Positions 55,408 through 64,000 of a stretch of DNA of 64,000 nucleotides are shown here, in pieces. The notes below the pieces were generated by a model that was not told the DNA's origin, did no database searches, and was given only the letters and a program-made list of their open reading frames with translations. Position 1 is the first letter of the stretch, and each line of letters starts with the position of its first letter. The stretch lies in contig JAVJSW010000049.1 of NCBI GenBank assembly GCA_040219255.1, positions 58,067 through 122,066 of the forward strand, given 5' to 3'. Both the position numbers and the translations under genes were made by a program. Source of the DNA: Sumerlaeia bacterium (GTDB lineage: Bacteria > Sumerlaeota > Sumerlaeia > SLMS01 > JAHLLQ01).

Positions 55408-56286
55408 GTGTCCACTCAAGTTAGCCCCGGCCTGACCATAACTACCATCAGCTCTGACCCACGGGTGCGAGTGATTCAGGCGATTCGCGACCTGGTGGAG
55501 TACCGCGAGTTGTTCATGGCGTTCGTGATGCGCGATCTGCGGGTCCGCTATAAGCAGACGGCCCTGGGCGTGGTCTGGGTGGTGCTTCAGCCGCTGATTA
55601 CGGGTGTGGTCTTCGCAGCGATTTTCGGTCTGATCCGGGGACAGTTCTCCGGGGCCGACGCGCTGCTGTTCTTCATGGCGGGCCTGGTTCCCTGGACCAG
55701 TTTTCAGAAGGGCGTGCAGACGGCGGCGATGAGCCTGGAGCAGAACGCGAATCTGGTGGCGAAGGTGTACTTTCCCCGCATGACGGTGCCGTCGGCCTAT
55801 GTGATCGCGTCGATGGTGGATTTTCTGTTCGCGTTTATCACGCTGGTGGCGATCGCGGTGCTGGCGGGAGCCTTCGATTGGCGATTGGTGGCGCTGGCGC
55901 CGATGCTGATGCTGATTCAGATGGTGGCCGGTTTGGGGATGGGTCTGCTGACGGCGCCGCTCAACGCGCAATACCGGGACGTGAAGTACATCATCCCGTT
56001 CGTGTTGCAGTTGGGGATGTTCCTGACGGTTTGGATTCCGTTGGAGCAATGGCGGCAAGGTGAGGTGGGTTTCGGGGCCGAGATCGCTTGGATCGAGCCC
56101 TACATCTACCAGATTCTGTCCTTGAACCCGATGGCGGCGGTCGTCGAGACTTTCCGGGCTGTCCTGCAGGGGAGCGCTCTGAACTGGGTTCTGATCGGCA
56201 AGGGTGCCGGCGTCGCGGCCGTTCTCCTGATCGTGGGAGTTCGATTCTTCACCAGCCGCGAACGGCGGCTCGTCGATATTCTGTAG
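55408..56286 (+). CDS. wzm: ABC-2 type polysaccharide export permease (Wzm/KpsM/TagG-like). Start uncertain: GTG at 55408 or 55465, or ATG at 55516.
   Basis: IRDLVEYRELFMAFVMRDLRVRYKQTALGVVWVVLQP is the canonical Wzm N-terminus. 6 TM helices. Confidence 0.75.
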   Translation: MSTQVSPGLTITTISSDPRVRVIQAIRDLVEYRELFMAFVMRDLRVRYKQTALGVVWVVLQPLITGVVFAAIFGLIRGQFSGADALLFFMAGLVPWTSFQKGVQTAAMSLEQNANLVAKVYFPRMTVPSAYVIASMVDFLFAFITLVAIAVLAGAFDWRLVALAPMLMLIQMVAGLGMGLLTAPLNAQYRDVKYIIPFVLQLGMFLTVWIPLEQWRQGEVGFGAEIAWIEPYIYQILSLNPMAAVVETFRAVLQGSALNWVLIGKGAGVAAVLLIVGVRFFTSRERRLVDIL

Positions 56287-56288
56287 AG

Positions 56289-57620
56289 GTGTCTGTGTCC
56301 GGACCGGAGGTTCAAAGCCCCCCCGCCATCGTCAAGTCGGCGGATACAACGCCGGGCACGGCGGCGTCTTCTCGCTCGGCGATTCAGATGAATGGGATCG
56401 GCAAGCGTTATCGGCTGGGCGATTCGCGGCGGATGAACGACTCGCTGGGCGACGAAATGGCGGGCTGGTTCTCGCGCTGGCGCCGGCGGGGCCAAGACAA
56501 GGATGGCGACAGTCTGTTTTGGGCGCTGCGGGGCATCGATCTGGAAGTGATGCGCGGAGACACGGTGGGCATTATCGGGCGCAACGGCGCGGGAAAGTCC
56601 ACCCTGCTCAAGATCCTCAGCCGCATCACGACCCCCACGACGGGAACGATGCGATACATGGGGCGTCTGGCCAGTCTGCTGGAAGTGGGCACCGGTTTCC
56701 ACCGCGAACTGACGGGCCGAGAGAACATCTTCCTGAACGGTTCCATCCTGGGCATGCGCCGCCGTGAAATCGAACAACAGTTCGACGCCATCGTGGAATT
56801 CGCCGGTACGGAAAAGTTCCTCGACACCCCGGTCAAATTCTACTCCAGCGGCATGTACGTGCGCCTGGCCTTCGCCGTGGCGGCCCATCTGCGCACCGAC
56901 ATCCTGGTGGTGGACGAAGTGCTGGCTGTGGGGGACGCGCAGTTTCAGAAGAAATGCCTCGGCAAAATGCAGGACGTGGCGGGCGACGGGCGAACGGTGC
57001 TGTTTGTGAGCCACAACATGGCGACCGTTCAAAGGCTTTGCGCGTCGTGCATTTACCTGCGCGATGGTCAATTGGTCACATCCGGAGAGACGGTGCAGGT
57101 GATTCAGGAGTACCTGAAGAGCGGCATCAACCTGGGAGCGTGTGCGGATCGCGGTCCTGATCCTTCGTTCCCGATGCGGCTGCGGACGGCTGCGGTGGTG
57201 GACGAGGAGGGAGAGATTCTGCACCAGGTCGAGCGCTCGCAGAAGGCTTTCCTCTCCGTGCGTTACGACATCAACGAACCGGTGAAGGATGTCCACGTGG
57301 TCTGTCACATCACGGATATGCAAAACAACATTATCGTAAGCACGGGCGATTGCGACATGGGTCGGGACGTTTCCGCGGTCCGGTCTCCCGGAGCGTACGA
57401 AGGACGATTTCAAATTCCTTCCCACACGCTGAACGATGGGAGCTACTCTGTCACGGTTGCACTGGGGATCCCCTACCGGACGGTTTACGACCGGGAGGCC
57501 TCCTGCGCAGATTTTCAAGTCGTGGATTTGCGGCGCGAAGAAGGCCCGACGTACGCCCAGCGGCGTCCGGGCTTCTTGGCCATCGATATTCCGTGGGAAG
57601 TGGTAAGGGTCGAAGAATGA
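56289..57620 (+). CDS. wzt: ABC transporter ATP-binding protein Wzt/KpsT-like with C-terminal carbohydrate-binding-type extension.
   Basis: Walker A GRNGAGKST. LSGG-like YSSGMYVRLAFA. Walker B ILVVDEVLAVGD. ~170-aa beta-rich C-terminal domain beyond the NBD (Wzt_C-like). GTG start 3 nt after the wzm stop; alternative ATG at 56388. Confidence 0.8.
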   Translation: MSVSGPEVQSPPAIVKSADTTPGTAASSRSAIQMNGIGKRYRLGDSRRMNDSLGDEMAGWFSRWRRRGQDKDGDSLFWALRGIDLEVMRGDTVGIIGRNGAGKSTLLKILSRITTPTTGTMRYMGRLASLLEVGTGFHRELTGRENIFLNGSILGMRRREIEQQFDAIVEFAGTEKFLDTPVKFYSSGMYVRLAFAVAAHLRTDILVVDEVLAVGDAQFQKKCLGKMQDVAGDGRTVLFVSHNMATVQRLCASCIYLRDGQLVTSGETVQVIQEYLKSGINLGACADRGPDPSFPMRLRTAAVVDEEGEILHQVERSQKAFLSVRYDINEPVKDVHVVCHITDMQNNIIVSTGDCDMGRDVSAVRSPGAYEGRFQIPSHTLNDGSYSVTVALGIPYRTVYDREASCADFQVVDLRREEGPTYAQRRPGFLAIDIPWEVVRVEE

Positions 57621-58525
57621 GAGACGGCGAAATGAATCCCGCACCCAAAGCGGAGCCCCGGATCGATCAACTCCCGGTCATAGACGTGACCAGCGAGTTC
57701 CCCAAGCCCAAGAAGGAGAAGCCGAAGAGCTTCTGGGGCCGCGTTTCGAAGAGCGTGCGCTACCACCTGTTCGGCCCGGCGCCGGCGGATTCGAACCCCT
57801 TCACGCCCTACATGGCGCGGCTGAATCTGTTGGATCGGACGGCGGACTTTCCGGTGATTTTTCCGAAGCACCGTTGGTGCTTCGTGCGCTTCTCCGACGA
57901 AGGGGATTTCCTGACGGCGATGATGAAGGACATTCGTCCGGCGGACGTTGTCTGGGATGTCGGTTCTTTCCTCGGCATGGTGACGGTCTTCGCCGGAAAG
58001 TTCGCGAGCGAGGGCCGCGTTATCGCCATCGAACCGGACCCGGCACTGGCGGCGCGGACGCGCAAGAATCTGGTGCTCAACGGCGTGAAGAACGCTGAGG
58101 TGATCGAGGTGGGACTGGGCGAGGAGGAAGGCACGGTTCGGCTGAACACGAGCGGCGAGTCGGGCGCCGCGCCGGCGATCATGGACAAGGGCCTGGAGAC
58201 CTACATCGAAATCGCCATCAAGACCGTGGATCAATTGGTCGCCGAAGAGCCGGCCCGCTTCCCGAACATTCTGAAAATCGATGTCGAAGGGTTTGAAACG
58301 CATGTCCTGCGGGGAATGAAGGCGACGCTGGAGGACGAGCGTTTGCGGAGCATCTACCTGGAACTGCATCCCGTCTATCTGTTCAAGAAGGGGGAAGCGA
58401 TCGAGGAACCGCTGGTCTTGCTGCGCGAGGCGGGATTCGAGATGACGTATTGCCTGGTCAAGCGCCAGGAGATGGTCTTCGCGTTTCAGCGAAAGTCGAA
58501 GAAGGCGGCGGCGTCCGGTTCCTGA
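57617..58525 (+). CDS. FkbM-family methyltransferase (second copy).
   Basis: ORF 57350..58525; Met90. The ATG overlaps the wzt stop (ATGA). VWDVGSFLGMVTVFA...KIDVEGFETHVLRG. Confidence 0.75.
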   Translation: MRDGEMNPAPKAEPRIDQLPVIDVTSEFPKPKKEKPKSFWGRVSKSVRYHLFGPAPADSNPFTPYMARLNLLDRTADFPVIFPKHRWCFVRFSDEGDFLTAMMKDIRPADVVWDVGSFLGMVTVFAGKFASEGRVIAIEPDPALAARTRKNLVLNGVKNAEVIEVGLGEEEGTVRLNTSGESGAAPAIMDKGLETYIEIAIKTVDQLVAEEPARFPNILKIDVEGFETHVLRGMKATLEDERLRSIYLELHPVYLFKKGEAIEEPLVLLREAGFEMTYCLVKRQEMVFAFQRKSKKAAASGS

Positions 58526-58682
58526 CGGATCGGCACCGCGCTCCCACCGCCTCGCCAGGGGCCAAAACGTCTTGCATCCCGCGCGTCAATCGACGGTTTA
58601 TTCCCCCTCCCGCTCAAGAGGGCGGAAGAATCCTGGGAGCGAGCACGCCCTCCCAACCGTTTTGAAGAGGCCCATCGGACTC

Positions 58683-59681
58683 GTGAGCAAGAATGCAGTC
58701 ATATTGGGAGGCGGCGCCATCGCCATCAATTTCCATCTGCCGCGGGTGAAAACGATGCTCGGGGCGGAGAGGGTTGTCGTGGTGGAGGTGAGCGCTCCGC
58801 GGAGGGAAGAACTCGCCCGCGAGTTCGGAAGCGACCGGTCGGTGGAGATCGTGGAGTCGCTTCCGGCGACCGGCCAGTTCGATTTCGCCGTGATCGCCAC
58901 ACCACCCAAGTTCCACTTTGAATACTTCGAGCAACTCAAGGGCCGGGCGCGGGACATCCTGATCGAGAAACCCATGACGTTGAACGCGGAGGAAGCTCGC
59001 CGCGTGGCAGAGATCTGTGCCGGCGGTGGTCCCCGGGTTTACGTGGCGTTGATCCGGAGGACGCTGGGCGGGTTCGCCCTGATCCGGGAGATGATCCGGG
59101 CCAATCAGTTCGGCGCGCTGAAGAAGGTCACTCTGACGGAGGGTGGCATTTTCGGTTGGATGGCCGTTTCCATGGGGTCCTTTTCGCGGACCCTGAACGG
59201 CGGCGGCGTCCTGATGGACACGGGGCCCCATACCATCGACCTGCTGTTTCAGGTGTTCGACACCGTCGAATTCCAAGCCAGTTGGATGGATGCGGACCTG
59301 AGCGAAGGCGGCGAAACGATCGAGGCCAATTGCACGCTGGACCTCTTGGCGGACGGCGCGGTGCCGGTGCGCCTGAGCCTGAGCCGCAATCGCAACTTCT
59401 CAAACCTGGCGGTCTTCGAATTCGAAGCGGCGGTCTGCAAAGTCGGCGTCCGCGACGACGAGGTCACGGTGGACATGGCCTCGGGGGTGCCGCTGAAGGC
59501 GATGCCGACCGACGAATTCGCCGAGATGGGCAAAGACTTCAAAGCTCTCTTCGACAGGTATTACGCTCGGTTCTTGCTCCGCCAGGACAACACCGGCGTG
59601 GCTCCGGAAGACTCGGAGAAGATCGCTCGGATCATCGACGCCGCTTACCAGAACGCCCAACCGATCAAGGGAGGATTCTGA
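58683..59681 (+). CDS. Gfo/Idh/MocA-family NAD(P)-dependent oxidoreductase.
   Basis: GTG start (VSKNAVILGGGAIAINFHLP...). The rest follows the Gfo/Idh/MocA layout: FAVIATPPKFHFEYFE..L..G..ILIEKPMTLNAEEA. Confidence 0.75.
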   Translation: MSKNAVILGGGAIAINFHLPRVKTMLGAERVVVVEVSAPRREELAREFGSDRSVEIVESLPATGQFDFAVIATPPKFHFEYFEQLKGRARDILIEKPMTLNAEEARRVAEICAGGGPRVYVALIRRTLGGFALIREMIRANQFGALKKVTLTEGGIFGWMAVSMGSFSRTLNGGGVLMDTGPHTIDLLFQVFDTVEFQASWMDADLSEGGETIEANCTLDLLADGAVPVRLSLSRNRNFSNLAVFEFEAAVCKVGVRDDEVTVDMASGVPLKAMPTDEFAEMGKDFKALFDRYYARFLLRQDNTGVAPEDSEKIARIIDAAYQNAQPIKGGF

Positions 59682-60826
59682 TGCGCGTCGCGATCTTTGG
59701 CGGAACGGGGTTCATGGGTTACGATTTCGTGCGTCTGCTTCTTGACGAAGGGACCCACGAACCGGTGGTGTACTGCACGAGCCCAAAAAACCTGACGAAT
59801 TTGCGGCGCCATCCGGTCGCGGTCCGTTTCGTTCCTCCGCACCTGATGGCCAATGAAAACCTGGACGAAGACATCGACCTGATCGTCAACTTCGCCCATC
59901 CTTTCCAACAACGCGACCAGATGACGCCGAATCAGCAGACCGATCTGTTCGTCCGGTTCCTGGAAAAAGCGCGCGCCAGGAACCCGAAACTCCGGATGGT
60001 GCATATCAGCACCTTGTCGGTGTACGAGCCTTTCTCCGAGGACAAAGAATATGCCGAGACCGATCCGCTCGACCCTCCCGGATCGGATCTCTATGCGACG
60101 ACGAAACTTTACGCCGAGAAGGCGATCCGCGGAATCGCGGGTGCGGAGGAGTGGCAGGTGGTCTTGCGGCCGACGATCGTTTACGGGTCATTTTGCCGCC
60201 CGTGGACCGATGGGTTGCTGAAGGCTTTCGCCGAGGGCGACGTGGGCTATTGCGATCTGGGCGGCATGATTCAGCCGATCACGGGCCGCGACATCTCGCG
60301 CTTCATCCGTCGTGTGATGGACGATTTCAAGCCCGGCGTCTACAACATGGCGGGCCAGGAGAAGGTCTCCTGGAAGGAATTCTTCACGCTGTTCCAGGAA
60401 GTGGTCGGCGAGGGCCGGTTGGTGCAGGTCGAACCGCCTCCGCCGGGCGCGGTGCCGGTGCAGCTCGACGGGCTGGCGTTCTATCGCTTCCACGCCAAGG
60501 AATTGCAGAGAGTCATCGTGGCGAATCGGTCTTTTAACGCCATCGCGACGCGTATGGCGAAACCGGTGCCTCGGACGCTGGTGATGAAGGTGCGCCGTTC
60601 GCTGGGCCTGGACAAGCCTCCGGCTCCAAGACGCGCGGGCGCGGCGGCCGCCGGAACGGACGTGCAATTGCAGTTCACGAAGCCCTTCTTCGGGGAAGAC
60701 CGGCTGGTGTCGCGGGCGCATTTCGAGGATACCTTTCCCGATTTCGCGACCACGCCGCTCGGCCAAATGAAAGAGACTTTACGCGAGTATTACGAATATC
60801 GGTTCACCGATAAGATTTATACGTAA
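59681..60826 (+). CDS. NAD-dependent epimerase/dehydratase (extended SDR).
   Basis: The ATG shares 1 nt with the upstream TGA. MRVAIFGGTGFMGYDFVRLL (TGxxGxxG). YATTK (YxxxK catalytic pair). Confidence 0.75.
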   Translation: MRVAIFGGTGFMGYDFVRLLLDEGTHEPVVYCTSPKNLTNLRRHPVAVRFVPPHLMANENLDEDIDLIVNFAHPFQQRDQMTPNQQTDLFVRFLEKARARNPKLRMVHISTLSVYEPFSEDKEYAETDPLDPPGSDLYATTKLYAEKAIRGIAGAEEWQVVLRPTIVYGSFCRPWTDGLLKAFAEGDVGYCDLGGMIQPITGRDISRFIRRVMDDFKPGVYNMAGQEKVSWKEFFTLFQEVVGEGRLVQVEPPPPGAVPVQLDGLAFYRFHAKELQRVIVANRSFNAIATRMAKPVPRTLVMKVRRSLGLDKPPAPRRAGAAAAGTDVQLQFTKPFFGEDRLVSRAHFEDTFPDFATTPLGQMKETLREYYEYRFTDKIYT

Positions 60827-60847
60827 AGGCTCGAATGGAGATTCACG

Positions 60848-61585
60848 GTGGAAAAGACAGAAATCTACGACAGCCTGAACAAGACCTACTTCTCGGAGGA
60901 TTGCGACGAGCGCCGGACGCTGGACGCCCTGCCACCGCTGCTTCGCAACGCCAAGCGATTTGTGGACATCGGCGCGAGTCTTGGCCAATATACCCGGTAT
61001 TGCAACAAGCACTTGAATGGCGCGAAGATGTGGGCGATCGAAGCCGATCCGGTCCGCTATGAAGAATTGGCGCGCAATTGTGCACAATGGCAGGGCGAAA
61101 GCTCGAACACCATCGATGTCATTCATGGCGCGGTCTCGGATCAAGTCGGGGAGATCGTCTTCTATACGAGCAACAGCACCGTCAGCGGCGGTCTCTTTCA
61201 GCATGCAGTCAAGAGTGGGGATGTGGAATGGCAGGAGGTGCGAGTTCCTGCCTGCACGCTCGATTCCCTCTTTTCAAATGAGCCTCCGGATTTTATCAAG
61301 ATCGATGTCGAAGGCGTGGAACTGCGTGTCCTCAAAGGCAGCGTGGAAATTTTGAAGAAGAAGAAGACGTTTCTCCTGGTCGAGGTTCATAGTTGGGCCG
61401 ATCCCCAAGGACAAAAGAATCCCCGGGAAGTGTTGGACTTCATGAAGTCTCATGGTTACTATGCCCTGCCCTTCCACGGCAAGTACCTCTTTATGCCGAT
61501 GTCCGCGGAGTACCTGAGGCGGCGCTGGCGCTCGCTGTTCAACAAAGCCAAGCAGCGCCTCTTGCCCCGCCGGAAAGCCAGTTGA
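60848..61585 (+). CDS. FkbM-family methyltransferase (third copy), in lower-GC segment.
   Basis: FVDIGASLGQYT...FIKIDVEGVELRVLKG...FLLVEVH. Confidence 0.75.
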   Translation: MEKTEIYDSLNKTYFSEDCDERRTLDALPPLLRNAKRFVDIGASLGQYTRYCNKHLNGAKMWAIEADPVRYEELARNCAQWQGESSNTIDVIHGAVSDQVGEIVFYTSNSTVSGGLFQHAVKSGDVEWQEVRVPACTLDSLFSNEPPDFIKIDVEGVELRVLKGSVEILKKKKTFLLVEVHSWADPQGQKNPREVLDFMKSHGYYALPFHGKYLFMPMSAEYLRRRWRSLFNKAKQRLLPRRKAS

Positions 61586-61592
61586 GGACGGC

Positions 61593-62447
61593 ATGGTGAC
61601 CCCCGCGCAAGAAACCGTTCCAACCCCACGGTTCGACTCCGTCTACAACCCCTTGGAGCGGGGCATACTGCGACTGATGACGCGGAGAAAGCGAAAGCGG
61701 ACGTTTTTTGATCTCTATGAACGGCTGAAGTCGTCACGCGGTGATGTGACCCCTTTTCGTAACCGTCATGAAGGCGAGCGCTGCTTCATTATGGGCGGCG
61801 GGCCCTCGCTCAAGAAAATCGACCCCACGTTTCTCAAATCCGAGATAACGTTTGGGGTCAATGGCGTCTTCCTGATTTTCGATTGGCTCGGATTTCAACC
61901 GGATTATTATGCCGTGGAAGATCGATTGGTGTTCGAGGATCGATGGAATGACATTCGAAAATTCGTCACGAAGCCAGAGTGCTTCTTCTCCATTCAATTT
62001 GCGTGCCCCCAGTTCGACCGCCCCAATCACCACTATCTTCGGTCGATTTACGATTTTGACCCTGCCGCCGGTTTCCCGCGCTTTAGCGAAGACGTCAGCA
62101 AGGTTGTCTGGATCGGTGGCACAGTGACCTACGTCTGCATGCAGCTTGCCTTCTACATGGGATTCCAGGAAGTTTATCTGATTGGGATGGATCACAATTA
62201 TGCCAGGCCCGATCACGTTCAGGCGGAGGGCAATGTGTGGACGAGTCATGGCGAGGACCCAAACCATTTCCATCCGGATTATTTCGGCAAGGGATACCGG
62301 TGGCACGATCCCAAGGTGGACCGGATGGAGACGGCTTATCGCAAAGCGAAAGACGTTTTCGAAGCGCACGGCCGCAAGATCTACAACGCGACCGCCGGCG
62401 GTCAGCTCGAGGTTTTCGAGAGAGTGAACTACAATGACCTCTTCTGA
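61593..62447 (+). CDS. 6-hydroxymethylpterin diphosphokinase MptE-like / DUF115 (Maf-type) protein, commonly a glycan-modifying transferase.
   Basis: CFIMGGGPSL......ITFGVNG.........YYAVEDRLVFEDRW pattern (G-x-G-P-S...N) typical of the MptE-like / motility-accessory-factor family. Confidence 0.65.
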   Translation: MVTPAQETVPTPRFDSVYNPLERGILRLMTRRKRKRTFFDLYERLKSSRGDVTPFRNRHEGERCFIMGGGPSLKKIDPTFLKSEITFGVNGVFLIFDWLGFQPDYYAVEDRLVFEDRWNDIRKFVTKPECFFSIQFACPQFDRPNHHYLRSIYDFDPAAGFPRFSEDVSKVVWIGGTVTYVCMQLAFYMGFQEVYLIGMDHNYARPDHVQAEGNVWTSHGEDPNHFHPDYFGKGYRWHDPKVDRMETAYRKAKDVFEAHGRKIYNATAGGQLEVFERVNYNDLF

Positions 62448-63402
62448 GACAACGCCCTCGACTCCATCGGTGAGCGTCGTGGTCTGCACGCGCAACTCGA
62501 AGCATCGCGTGGAGGAAACGCTTCGAAGCTTACGGACTCAGTCCATGGCTCGCGAGCGGTACGAGGTTCTCGTCGTCGACAACGCCTCCGACGACGGCAC
62601 CGATGAGATTTTGCAGGCTTTGTGCGCCGAGCTTGAACTGACCTACATCGAAGAACCGGAGCTTGGACTCTCCGCCGCCCGCAACCGCGGGATTCTCGAT
62701 TCGGCCGGTGAACTGATTTACTTTATCGACGATGACGCCGTCGCGCCGCCGTTCTTGCTCGATGTGCTCTGGGCGGATTTCGTTCGCGAAAACGCCGACG
62801 CCGTTGGCGGGGCGGTGCATGGTCTGTGGGAAGAAACTCCGCCCGCCTGGTTGAACTCGAACCTGTGGCGCGGACTCAGCCTTTTGTCTTACGGGAACGA
62901 AGCCCGGCCGCTCGTCTATCCGGAGATTTTGATCGGAACCAACGTGGGTTTCCGGCGAAATGTGTTTGAGCGCTATGGCTACTTCGATCCCGATCTGGGC
63001 CGGAAAGGCGACAATTTGATGGGCAACGAGGAACGGGCGCTGGAAAAGCGTATTCTCGAAGACGGCGGGTTGGTTTTCTACAATCCTTCGGCTTTCGTGT
63101 TCCACAAGGTTCCCATCGCGCGCATGACGCATGGCTATATGTTCGAACGCATTCGCCAGGCGAGCCTGAGCGTTGGCCGGATGCGGGATTCGGACCTTAC
63201 CCGCCGGCGAATCGTCGAACCTCTCTGGAAGGCAAGCTTGCGTGTCGTCTACGATTCGGCCAACCGGCGTGTGGTCCCCATCTGCCGGGGTCTGTATCGC
63301 GCGTGGATCACCGGATTCGAAACCTTCCGGGTCGAAATGGTGATGCTCCAGGCGGCCCTCAGGGCGAGAAAGGAACTCCAAAAGGCGAACCATCATGACT
63401 GA
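62434..63402 (+). CDS. Glycosyltransferase family 2.
   Basis: VSVVVCTRNSKHRVEETLRSL.TQ...YEVLVVDNASDDGT....IYFIDDDAV (DxD). Confidence 0.8.
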   Translation: MTSSETTPSTPSVSVVVCTRNSKHRVEETLRSLRTQSMARERYEVLVVDNASDDGTDEILQALCAELELTYIEEPELGLSAARNRGILDSAGELIYFIDDDAVAPPFLLDVLWADFVRENADAVGGAVHGLWEETPPAWLNSNLWRGLSLLSYGNEARPLVYPEILIGTNVGFRRNVFERYGYFDPDLGRKGDNLMGNEERALEKRILEDGGLVFYNPSAFVFHKVPIARMTHGYMFERIRQASLSVGRMRDSDLTRRRIVEPLWKASLRVVYDSANRRVVPICRGLYRAWITGFETFRVEMVMLQAALRARKELQKANHHD

Positions 63403-64000
63403 CAAAGACGCTATCCACCTCCTGACCCCTGCGCTGGTCGAACAGAACCCATTCCTCGCCATTCGCGTACTGGGTCAAAGTTCCCGGCTGGCCAAGCCTC
63501 TTGGCTGGCACTATCTGTTCGATCTCGTGTGGATCCTGCGCGAACTCGAAAGCCTGAAGCCCGGTTCCACCGTCCTCGAAGTTGGCGCCGGAATGGGGCT
63601 ACTCCAGTTCCTGCTAGCCGACAGCGGCTACAAAGTCATTTCCGCCGACATGGGGCTCCGCCGCCCCTTCGCCGCCACAGAGCACCTTTACCGCTTTGGC
63701 GAGATGGGGACCTCGGGCGAAATCGATCACGATTATTTGAAGCACCACGAACGCGCGACAAAGCCCGGCGTGGGTCTGCCCACCCTCAATGGAATTCTCG
63801 ACGCATCGCCGCGCAAGGCCCTGCGCGCGGTTCGCAAGTTGCTCAAACAGGACCCGGTTCGAAAGCAAAAACCCGCCACCAAGGAAGACCGCCCCGAGAT
63901 CACGCTGTACCGATGCGACGCCAGCAACATGGCCGAACTCAAAGACAACTCCGTCGACGCGGCGGTCTCGGTCTCGGCCCTCGAGCACAATCCCGCGGAG
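63395..64000 (+). CDS. Class I SAM-dependent methyltransferase (Methyltransf_11-like), 3'-truncated at window end.
   Basis: The ATG overlaps the upstream stop (ATGACTGA). VLEVGAGMGLLQFLLADSGYKVISADM is SAM-binding motif I. Not in the ORF track because the frame runs off the window. Confidence 0.6.
   Translation, partial: MTDKDAIHLLTPALVEQNPFLAIRVLGQSSRLAKPLGWHYLFDLVWILRELESLKPGSTVLEVGAGMGLLQFLLADSGYKVISADMGLRRPFAATEHLYRFGEMGTSGEIDHDYLKHHERATKPGVGLPTLNGILDASPRKALRAVRKLLKQDPVRKQKPATKEDRPEITLYRCDASNMAELKDNSVDAAVSVSALEHNPAE

Noticed and set aside
1-64000. tRNA, rRNA and CRISPR scan
   Set aside because: I looked through all intergenic gaps larger than 60 nt. I saw no tRNA-like T-arm (GTTCRANYC) contexts, no rRNA-sized non-coding stretches, and no regularly spaced 25-40-nt repeats besides the 18-bp array. 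I could not run tRNAscan, so small RNAs cannot be excluded.

Overview
This 64-kb window is high-GC (about 65-68%) bacterial chromosome. Gene content (GxxExxY protein, lamin-tail-domain nuclease, ASPIC/UnbV and FG-GAP repeats, many Sec-signal proteins) suggests a Verrucomicrobiota- or Planctomycetota-like organism, but this is a guess. I could support about 55 coding regions. I saw no rRNA, tRNA or CRISPR array.

Housekeeping genes recognised by motif:
- purN, hisI, proB and a HesB/IscA/ErpA-type Fe-S carrier.
- dxr followed by rseP, the usual isoprenoid/site-2-protease neighbourhood.
- ugd, an ABC-F ATPase, an M24 Xaa-Pro aminopeptidase, MgtC, and an Atg22-like MFS transporter.

Envelope and secretion genes:
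- A GspD/PilQ-type secretin. Directly upstream are two small periplasmic proteins built only of secretin-N-terminal-like (STN/NolW-like) modules; downstream is a GT4 glycosyltransferase.
- An orphan PilT ATPase carrying an unusual ~230-aa proline-rich C-terminal tail.
- A 1191-aa secreted endonuclease-I/FN3/lamin-tail-domain nuclease, followed by a strong terminator.
- A phosphodiester-glycosidase protein with a golvesin-like C-terminal domain.
- A metzincin (HExxHxxGxxH) protease with PPC domains.
- An ECF sigma factor fused to a transmembrane C-terminal domain, sitting beside a macro-domain protein.
- A ~10-kb ABC-transporter-dependent (wzm/wzt) glycan cluster containing three FkbM-family methyltransferases, an MptE-like protein, two GT2 enzymes, a Gfo/Idh/MocA oxidoreductase and an SDR epimerase.

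Three things look most unusual:
- Two sharply lower-GC islands (~2.3-4.86 kb and ~13.26-15.1 kb) encode signal-peptide proteins with no recognisable domains. The first appears to replace the 3' end of a TPR-protein gene.
- An orphan phage terminase-large-subunit-like gene sits among housekeeping genes with no integrase or structural genes. It is flanked by a small upstream ORF and a downstream HExxH membrane protein.
- Immediately 5' of that module are four perfect-spacing 18-bp tandem direct repeats (iteron-like).

Several long ORFs antisense to real genes, and arginine-rich frames, are GC-driven artefacts; I rejected them.
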